A DNA stretch of 64,000 bases from Azolla caroliniana (taxonomy: Eukaryota; Plantae; Polypodiophyta), in assembly GCA_043228905.1 (NCBI GenBank), contig JBHGNT010000063.1:85398-149397 (forward strand). Reading direction: 5' to 3'. The position numbers and the translations under genes are program-made. Every line of letters begins with the position of its first letter. Positions within the stretch are counted from its first letter, which is position 1. This document shows, one piece after another, positions 54,231 to 64,000 of the stretch. The notes below the pieces were generated by a model. That model saw only the letters and a list, made by a program, of their open reading frames with translations. It made no database searches and had not been told where the DNA came from.

Positions 54231-56448
54231 AATCAAGATTTTGAAACTCAGGTCGAGAGACATGACGAAATTACCAAATTTGAGGAGTGAGTTGAGAAGA
54301 GCTAGTAGGTAAATTTAAATGTTCATACTTGGCTCGTGGGATATCGGATTTTTGTGTTCAAACATGCGAATCGAAGCTAACAACGCTAGCTATGATATGC
54401 AATTAAGAAATCAAGATTTTGAAACTCAAGTCGAGAGACATGACGAAATTACCAAATTTGAGGAGTGAGTTGAGAAGAGCCCTTGAGTAAATTAAAATGT
54501 TCATACCTGGCTCGTGTGATATCGGAATTTTGTGTTCAAACATGCGAATCGAAGCTAACAATGTTAGCTATGATATGGAATTAAAAAATCAAGATTTTGA
54601 AACTCAGGTCGAAAGAGTTGAGAAGAGCTAGTAGGTAAATTTAAATGTTCATACTTGGCTCGTGGGATATCGGATTTTTGTGTTCAAACATGCAAATCGA
54701 AGCTAACAACGCGAGCTATGATATGGAATTAAAAAATCAAGATTTTGAAACTCAGGTCGAGAGACATCACGAAATTACCAAATTTGAGGAGTGAGTTGAG
54801 AACAGCCCTTGAGTAAATTAAAATGTTCATGCCTGGCTCGTGTAATATCGGATTTTTGTGTTCAAACATGCGAATCGAAGCTAACGACGCGAGCTATGAT
54901 ATGGAATTAAAAAATCAAGAATTTGAAACTCAGGTCGAGAGACATGACGAAATTACCAAATTTGAGGAGTGAGTTGAGAACAGCCCTTGAGTAAATTAAA
55001 ATGTTCATACCTGGCTCGTGTGATATCGGATTTTTGTGTTCAAACATGCAAATCGAAGCTAACAACTCTAGCTATGATATGGAATTAAAAAATCAAGATT
55101 TTGAAACTCAAGTCCAGAGACATGACGAAAATAGCAAACTTGAGGAGGGAGTTGAGAGGAGCCCTTGAGTAAATTAAAATGTTCATACCTGGCTCGTGTG
55201 ATATCGGATTTTTGTGTTCAAACATGCGAATCGAAGCTAACAACGTTAGCTATGATATGGAATTAAAAAATCAAGATTTTGAAACTCAGGTCGAGAGACA
55301 TGACGAAATTACCAAATTTGAGGAGTGAGTTGAGAAGAGCTAGTAGGTAAATTTAAATGTTCATACTTGGCTCGTGTGATATCGGATTTTTGTGTTCAAA
55401 CATGCGAATCGAAGCTAACAACGATAGCTATGATATGCAATTAAGAAATCAAGATTTTGAAACTCAAGTCGAGAGACATGACGAAATTACCAAATTTGAG
55501 GAGTGAGTTGAGAAGAGCCCTTGAGTAAATTAAAATGTTCATACCTGGCTCGTGTGATATCGGAATTTTGTGTTCAAACATGCGAATCGAAGCTAACAAT
55601 GATAGCTATGATATGGAATTAAAAAATCAAGATTTTGAAACTCAAGTCGAGAGACATGACGAAATTACCAAATTTGAGGAGTGAGTTGAGAAGAGCCCTT
55701 GAGTAAATTAAAATGTTCATACCTGGCTCGTGTGATATCGGAATTTTGTGTTCCAACATGCAAATCGAAGCTAACAACGCTAGCTATGATATGGAATTAA
55801 AAAATCAAGATTTTGAAACTCAGGTCGAGAGACATGACGAAATTACCAAATTTGAGGAGTGAGTTGAGAACAGCCCTTGAGTAAATTAAAATGTTCATAC
55901 CTGGCTCGTGTAATATCGGATTTTTGTGTTCAAACATGCGAATCGAAGCTAACACTTCTCGACATGATATGGAATTAAAACATCAACATTTTGAAACTCA
56001 GGTCCAGAGATATGACGAAATTAGCAACCTTGACAAGGGAGTTGAGAGCAGCCCTTGAGCAAATTGAAATGTTCATACCTGGCTCGTGTGATATCGGTTT
56101 TTTGTGTTCAAAGATGCGAATCGAAGCTAACAAGGCTAGCTATGATATGGAATTAAATAATCAAGATTTTGAAACTCAGGTAGACAGACATGAAGAAATT
56201 ACCAAATTTGAGGAGGGAGTTGAGAAGAGCGCGTGAGTAAATTAAAATGTTCATACCTGGCCCATGTGATATTCAATTTTAGTGTTCAAACGAGCGAATC
56301 GAAGCTAACAATTATAGCAATGATATGGAATTAAAAAATCAAGATTTTGAAACTCAGGTCGATCGACATGAAGAAATTAGTAAATTAGAGGAGGGACTGG
56401 AGAAGAGCTCGTGAGTAAATTAAAATGTTCATACTTGGCTCCTGCGCT

Positions 56449-56461
56449 CCTAACCCCTAAA
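56449..56461 (+). other. Rearrangement junction with non-satellite filler, telomere-like CCTAACCCCTAAA
   Basis: Sibling copies read CCTGCGATCCT-GGATGAAG. Here CCTGCGCTCCT-AACCCCT-AAATCAAG produces a 123-bp unit (56411-56533). The junction is certain; a telomeric origin is inference. Confidence 0.6.
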
Positions 56462-59400
56462 TCAAGATTTTGAAACTCAAGTCCAGAGACATGACGAAAA
56501 TAGCAAACTTGAGGAGGGAGTTGAGAGGAGCCCTTGAGTAAATTAAAATGTTCATACCTGGCTCGTGTGATATCGGATTTTTGTGTTCAAACATGCGAAT
56601 CGAAGCTAACAACGTTAGCTATGATATGGAATTAAAAAATCAAGATTTTGAAACTCAGGTCGAAAGACATGACGAAATTACCAAATTTGAGGAGTGAGTT
56701 GAGAAGAGCTAGTAGGTAAATTTAAATGTTCATACTTGGCTCGTGGGATATCGGATTTTTGTGTTCAAACATGCAAATCGAAGCTAACAACGCGAGCTAT
56801 GATATGGAATTAAAAAATCAAGATTTTGAAACTCAGGTCGAGAGACATCACGAAATTACCAAATTTGAGGAGTGAGTTGAGAACAGCCCTTGAGTAAATT
56901 AAAATGTTCATGCCTGGCTCGTGTAATATCGGATTTTTGTGTTCAAACATGCGAATCGAAGCTAACGACGCGAGCTATGATATGGAATTAAAAAATCAAG
57001 ATTTTGAAACTCAGGTCGAGAGACATGACGAAATTACCAAATTTGAGGAGTGAGTTGAGAACAGCCCTTGAGTAAATTAAAATGTTCATACCTGGCTCGT
57101 GTGATATCGGATTTTTGTGTTCAAACATGCAAATCGAAGCTAACAACGCTAGCTATGATATGGAATTAAAAAATCAAGATTTTGAAACTCAAGTCCAGAG
57201 ACATGTCGAAAATAGCAAACTTGAGGAGGGAGTTGAGAGGAGCCCTTGAGTAAATTAAAATGTTCATACCTGGCTCGTGTGATATCGGATTTTTGTGTTC
57301 AAACATGCGAATCGAAGCTAACAACGTTAGCTATGATATGGAATTAAAAAATCAAGATTTTGAAACTCAGGTCGAAAGACATGACGAAATTACCAAATTT
57401 GAGGAGTGAGTTGAGAAGAGCTAGTAGGTAAATTTAAATGTTCATACTTGGCTCGTGTGATATCGGATTTTTGTGTTCAAACATGCGAATCGAAGCTAAC
57501 AACGATAGCTATGATATGGAATTAAGAAATCAAGATTTTGAAACTCAAGTCGAGAGACATGACGAAATTACCAAATTTGAGGAGTGAGTTGAGAAGAGCC
57601 CTTGAGTAAATTAAAATGTTCATACCTGGCTCGTGTGATATCGGAATTTTGTGTTCAAACATGCGAATCGAAGCTAACAATGATAGCTATGATATGGAAT
57701 TAAAAAATCAAGATTTTGAAACTCAAGTCGAGAGACATGACGAAATTACCAAATTTGAGGAGTGAGTTGAGAAGAGCCCTTGAGTAAATTAAAATGTTCA
57801 TACCTGGCTCGTGTGATATCGGAATTTTGTGTTCCAACATGCAAATCGAAGCTAACAACGCTAGCTATGATATGGAATTAAAAAATCAAGATTTTGAAAC
57901 TCAGGTCGAGAGACATGACGAAATTACCAAATTTGAGGAGTGAGTTGAGAACAGCCCTTGAGTAAATTAAAATGTTCATACCTGGCTCGTGTAATATCGG
58001 ATTTTTGTGTTCAAACATGCGAATCGAAGCTAACACTTCTCGACATGATATGGAATTAAAACATCAACATTTTGAAACTCAGGTCCAGAGATATGACGAA
58101 ATTAGCAACCTTGACAAGGGAGTTGAGAGCAGCCCTTGAGCAAATTGAAATGTTCATACCTGGCTCGTGTGATATCGGATTTTTGTGTTCAAAGATGCGA
58201 ATCGAAGCTAACAAGGCTAGCTATGATATGGAATTAAATAATCAAGATTTTGAAACTCAGGTAGACAGACATGAAGAAATTACCAAATTTGAGGAGGGAG
58301 TTGAGAAGAGCGCGTGAGTAAATTAAAATGTTCATACCTGGCCCATGTGATATTCAATTTTAGTGTTCAAACGAGCGAATCGAAGCTAACAATTATAGCA
58401 ATGATATGGAATTAAAAAATCAAGATTTTGAAACTCAGGTCGATCGACATGAAGAAATTAGTAAATTAGAGGAGGGACTGGAGAAGAGCTCGTGAGTAAA
58501 TTAAAATGTTCATACTTGGCTCCTGCGATCCTGGATGAAGAAATAAGTAAATTAGAGGAGGGAGTGGAGAAGAGCTCGTGAGTAAATTAAAATGTTCATA
58601 CCTGGCTTGTGTGATATCGGATTTTTGTGTTCAAACATGCCAATCGAAGCTCACAACGCTAGCTACGATATGGGATTAAAAAATCAAGATTTTGAAACTC
58701 AAGTCCAGAGACATGACGTAAATAGCAAACTTGAGGAGGGAGTTGAGAGGAGCCCTTGAGTAAATTAAAATGTTCATACCTGGCTCGTGTGATATCGGAT
58801 TTTTGTGTTCAAACATGCAAATCGAAGCTAACAACGCTAGCTATGATATGGAATTAAAAAATCAAGATTTTGAAACTCAGGTCGAGAGACATGACGAAAT
58901 TACCAAATTTGAGGAGTGAGTTGAGAAGAGCTAGTAGGTAAATTTAAATGTTCATACTTGGCTCGTGGGATATCGGATTTTTGTGTTCAAACATGCGAAT
59001 CGAAGCTAACAACGCTAGGTATGATATGGAATTAAAAAATCAAGATTTTGAAACTCAAGTCGAGAGACATGACGAAATTACCAAATTTGAGGAGTGAGTT
59101 GAGAAGAGCCCTTGAGTAAATTAAAATGTTCATACCTGGCTCGTGTAATATCGGATTTTTGTGTTCAAACATGCGAATCGAAGCTAACGACGCGAGCTAT
59201 GATATGGAATTCAAAAATCAAGATTTTGAAACTCAGGTCGAGAGACATGACGAAATTACCAAATTTGAGGAGTGAGTTGAGAACAGCCCTTGAGTAAATT
59301 AAAATGTTCATACCTGGCTCGTGTGATATCGGATTTTTGTGTTCAAACATGCAAATCGAAGCTAACAACGCTAGCTATGATATGGAATTAAAAAATCAAG

Positions 59401-60699
59401 ATTTTCAAACTCAAGTCCAGAGACATGACGAAAATAGCAAACTTGAGGAGGGAGTTGAGAGGAGCCCTTGAGTAAATTAAAATGTTCATACCTGGCTCGT
59501 GTGATATCGGATTTTTGTGTTCAAACATGCGAATCGAAGCTAACAACGTTAGCTATGATATGGAATTAAAAAATCAAGATTTTGAAACTCAGGTCGAAAG
59601 ACATGACGAAATTACCAAATTTGAGGAGTGAGTTGAGAAGAGCTAGTAGGTAAATTTAAATGTTCATACTTGGCTCGTGTGATATCGGATTTTTGTGTTC
59701 AAACATGCGAATCGAAGCTAACAACGATAGCTATGATATGGAATTAAGAAATCAAGATTTTGAAACTCAAGTCGAGAGACATGACGAAATTACCAAATTT
59801 GAGGAGTGAGTTGAGAAGAGCCCTTGAGTAAATTAAAATGTTCATACCTGGCTCGTGTGATATCGGAATTTTGTGTTCAAACATGCAAATCGAAGCTAAC
59901 AACGCTAGCTATGATATGGAATTAAAAAATCAAGATTTCGAAACTCAAGTCCAGAGACATGACGAAAATAGCAAACATGAGGAGGGAGTTGAGAGGAGCC
60001 CTTGAGTAAATTAAAATGTTCATACCTGGCTCGTGTGATATCGGATTTTTGTGTTCAAACATGCGAATCGAAGCTAACAACGCTACCTATGATATGGAAT
60101 TAAAAAATTAAGATTTTGAAACTCAGGTCGAGAGACATGACGAAATTACCAAATTGGAGGAGTGAGTTGAGAACAGCCCTTGAGTAAATTAAAATGTTCA
60201 TACCTGGCTCGTGTGATATCGGATTTTTGTGTTCAAATATGCGAATCGAAGCTAACAACGTTAGCTATGATATGGAATTAAAAAATCAAGATTTTGAAAC
60301 TCAGGTCGAAAGACATGACGAAATTACCAAATTTGAGGAGTGAGTTGAGAAGAGCTTGTAGGTAAATTTAAATGTTCATACTTGGCTCGTGTGATATCGG
60401 ATTTTTGTGTTCAAACATGCGAATCGAAGCTAACAACGATAGCTATGATATGGAATTAAAAAATCAAGATTTTGAAACTCAAGTCGAGAGACATGACGAA
60501 ATTACCAAATTTGAGGAGTGAGTTGAGAAGAGCCCTTGAGTAAATTAAAATGTTCATACCTGGCTCGTGTGATATCGGAATTTTGTGTTCAAACATGCAA
60601 ATCGAAGCTAACAACGCTAGCTATGATATGGAATTAAAAAATCAAGATTTTGAAACTCAGGTCGAGAGACATGACGAAATTACCAAATTTGAGGAGTGA

Positions 60700-63600
60700 G
60701 TTCAGAAGAGCTAGTAGGTAAATTTAAATGTTCATACTTGGCTCGTGGGATATCGGATTTTTGTGTTCAAACATGCGAATCGAAGCTAACAATGATAGCT
60801 ATGATATGGAATTAAGAAATCAAGATTTTGAAACTCAAGTCGAGAGACATGACGAAATTACCAAATTTGAGGAGTGAGTTGAGAAGAGCCCTTGAGTAAA
60901 TTAAAATGTTCATACCTGGCTCGTGTGATATCGGAATTTTGTGTTCAAACATGCAAATCGAAGCTAACAACGCGAGCTATGATATGGAATTAAAAAATCA
61001 AGATTTTGAAACTCAGGTCGAGAGACATGACGAAATTACCAAATTTGAGGAGTGAGTTGAGAACAGCCCTTGAGTAAATTAAAATGTTCATGCCTGGCTC
61101 GTGTAATATCGGATTTTTGTGTTCAAACATGCGAATCGAAGCTAACGACGCGAGCTATGATATGGAATTAAAAAATCAAGAATTTGAAACTCAGGTCGAG
61201 AGACATGACGAAATTACCAAATTTGAGGAGTGAGTTGAGAACAGCCCTTGAGTAAATTAAAATGTTCATACCTGGCTCGTGTGATATCGGATTTTTGTGT
61301 TCAAACATGCAAATCGAAGCTAACAACGCTAGCTATGATATGGAATTAAAAAATCAAGATTTTGAAACTCAAGTCCAGAGACATGACGAAAATAGCAAAC
61401 TTGAGGAGGGAGTTGAGAGGAGCCCTTGAGTAAATTAAAATGTTCATACCTGGCTCGTGTGATATCGGATTTTTGTGTTCAAACATGCGAATCGAAGCTA
61501 ACAACGTTAGCTATGATATGGAATTAAAAAATCAAGATTTTGAAACTCAGGTCGAAAGACATGACGAAATTACCAAATTTGAGGAGTGAGTTGAGAAGAG
61601 CTAGTAGGTAAATTTAAATGTTCATACTTGGCTCGTGTGATATCGGATTTTTGTGTTCAAACATGCGAATCGAAGCTAACAACGATAGCTATGATATGGA
61701 ATTAAGAAATCAAGATTTTGAAACTCAAGTCGAGAGACATGACGAAATTACCAAATTTGAGGAGTGAGTTGAGAAGAGCCCTTGAGTAAATTAAAATGTT
61801 CATACCTGGCTCGTGTGATATCGGAATTTTGTGTTCAAACATGCAAATCGAAGCTAACAACGCTAGCTATGATATGGAATTAAAAAATCAAGATTTTGAA
61901 ACTCAGGTCGAGAGACATGACGAAATTACCAAATTTGAGGAGTGAGTTGAGAAGAGCTAGTAGGTAAATTTAAATGTTCATACTTGGCTCGTGGGATATC
62001 GGATTTTTGTGTTCAAACATGCGAATCGAAGCTAACAACGATAGCTATGATATGGAATTAAGAAATCAAGATTTTGAAACTCAAGTCGAGAGACATGACG
62101 AAATTACCAAATTTGAGGAGTGAGTTGAGAAGAGCCCTTGAGTAAATTAAAATGTTCATACCTGGCTCGTGTGATATCGGAATTTTGTGTTCAAACATGC
62201 AAATCGAAGCTAACAACGCGAGCTATGATATGGAATTAAAAAATCAAGATTTTGAAACTCAGGTCGAGAGACATGACGAAATTACCAAATTTGAGGAGTG
62301 AGTTGAGAACAGCCCTTGAGTAAATTAAAATGTTCATGCCTGGCTCGTGTAATATCGGATTTTTGTGTTCAAACATGCGAATCGAAGCTAACGACGCGAG
62401 CTATGATATGGAATTAAAAAATCAAGAATTTGAAACTCAGGTCGAGAGACATGATGAAATTACCAAATTTGAGGAGTGAGTTGAGAACAGCCCTTGAGTA
62501 AATTAAAATGTTCATACCTGGCTCGTGTGATATCGGATTTTTGTGTTCAAACATGCAAATCGAAGCTAACAACGCTAGCTATGATATGGAACTAAAAAAT
62601 CAAGATTTTGAAACTCAAGTCCAAAGACATGACGAAAATAGCAAACTTGAGGAGTGAGTTGAGAAGAGCCCTTGAGTAAATTGAAATGTTCATACCTGGC
62701 TCGTGTGATATCGGAATTTTGTGTTCAAACATGCAAATCGAAGCTAACAACGCTAGGTATGATATGGAATTAAAAAATCAAGATTTTCAAACTCAGGTCG
62801 AGAGACATGACGAAATTACCAAATTTGAGGAGGGAGTTGAGAGGAGCCCTTGAGTAAATTAAAATGTTCATACCTGGCTCGTGTGATAGCGGATTTTTGT
62901 GTTCAAACATGCAAATCGAAGCTAACAACGCTAGCTATGATATGGAATTAAAAAGTCAAGATTTTGAAACTCAAGTCCAGAGACATGACGAAAATAGCAA
63001 ACTTGAGGAGGGAGTTGAGAGGAGCCCTTGAGTAAATTAAAATGTTCATACCTGGCTCGTGTGATATCGGATTTTTGTGTTCAAACATGCGAATCGAAGC
63101 TAACAACGCTACCTATGATATGGAATTAAAAAATTAAGATTTTGAAACTCAGGTCGAGAGACATGACGAAATTACCAAATTTGAGGAGTGAGTTGAGAAG
63201 AGCTAGTAGGTAAATTTAAATGTTCATACTTGGCTCGTGGGATATCGGATTTTTGTGTTCAAACATGCGAATCGAAGCTAACAACGATAGCTATGATATG
63301 GAATTAAGAAATCAAGATTTTGAAACTCAAGTCGAGAGACATGACGAAATTACCAAATTTGAGGAGTGAGTTGAGAAGAGCCCTTGAGTAAATTAAAATG
63401 TTCATACCTGGCTCGTGTGATATCGGAATTTTGTGTTCAAACATGCAAATCGAAGCTAACAACGCGAGCTATGATATGGAATTAAAAAATCAAGATTTTG
63501 AAACTCAGGTCGAGAGACATGACGAAATTACCAAATTTGAGGAGTGAGTTGAGAACAGCCCTTGAGTAAATTAAAATGTTCATGCGTGGCTCGTGTAATA

Positions 63601-64000
63601 TCGGATTTTTGTGTTCAAACATGCGAATCGAAGCTAACGACGCGAGCTATGATATGGAATTAAAAAATCAAGAATTTGAAACTCAGGTCGAGAGACATGA
63701 CGAAATTACCAAATTTGAGGAGTGAGTTGAGAACAGCCCTTGAGTAAATTAAAATGTTCATACCTGGCTCGTGTGATATCGGATTTTTGTGTTCAAACAT
63801 GCAAATCGAAGCTAACAACGCTAGCTATGATATGGAACTAAAAAATCAAGATTTTGAAACTCAAGTCCAGAGACATGACGAAAATAGCAAACTTGAGGAG
63901 TGAGTTGAGAAGAGCCCTTGAGTAAATTGAAATGTTCATACCTGGCTCGTGTGATATCGGAATTTTGTGTTCAAACATGCAAATCGAAGCTAACAACGCT
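60700..64000. repeat. Imperfect 7-mer periodicity (1246 bp)
   Basis: GCTCGTGGGA at 60741, 61987 and 63233. The first 3-4 monomers of each unit match; later monomers differ between units 1 and 2. Confidence 0.78.

Larger units (their letters stand above)
1..64000. repeat. 178-bp tandem satellite array (~360 monomers, all same orientation), putative (peri)centromeric satellite of an unidentified eukaryote
   Basis: GAAATTACCAAATTTGAGGAG starts at 1 and again at 179. The unit (GAAATTACC...GAGTAAATTAAAATGTTCATACCTGGCTCGTGTGATATCGG...GAAACTCAGGTCGAGAGACATGAC) recurs without foreign sequence to the window end. Spacings between recurring ORFs are exact multiples of 178 (890, 1068, 1424, 1958, 4272, 7476). 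The centromeric interpretation is inferred from the nucleosome-sized monomer and HORs. Confidence 0.98.

Noticed and set aside
331-59368. All 22 listed ORFs (61-81 aa)
   Set aside because: They are translations of the satellite. The plus-strand ones start at TTG and exceed the length cutoff only where a variant removes a stop (e.g. GAGTAA to GAGTTA or GAGCAA). 178 is not a multiple of 3 and no domain is recognisable. I used them only as positional markers.
1-64000. CRISPR array or other repeat-spacer system
   Set aside because: The entire 178 bp is repeated. There are no unique spacers, leader or cas genes.
1-64000. Tandem RNA gene array (5S rRNA, tRNA, snRNA, spliced leader)
   Set aside because: No recognisable RNA gene sequence or fold, and deletions of up to 92 bp are propagated.
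1-64000. Transposon insertion, solo LTR or inversion
   Set aside because: No non-satellite segment longer than ~7 bp, no target-site duplication and no reverse-complement monomers seen.

Overview
The whole 64-kb window is one uninterrupted, head-to-tail, single-orientation satellite array of a 178-bp monomer (about 360 copies; first monomer 65/178 = about 36.5% GC). The monomer length and layered higher-order repeats (HORs) are typical of eukaryotic, plausibly plant, (peri)centromeric satellite. I cannot name the family or species, and centromere function cannot be shown from sequence. I see no credible genes, RNA genes, transposons, CRISPR array or inversions; every listed ORF is a chance read-through of the repeat. 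I found no protein-coding novel system; the interesting signal is the architecture. (1) The array is a mosaic of local HORs (3-, 5-, 7-, 8-, 10-, 11-, 13-mers) and long-range segment copies, including one 23,543 bp apart. (2) Two interspersed cassettes of diverged monomers carry fixed 22-bp and 92-bp deletions. (3) Five independent deletion events share a breakpoint within monomer positions 172-175, with short microhomologies. (4) One rearrangement junction (~56,450) contains a non-satellite, telomere-like filler, CCTAACCCCTAAA. Block boundaries are read by eye and approximate; periods were computed from diagnostic variants. Monomer positions are numbered as in window bases 1-178.
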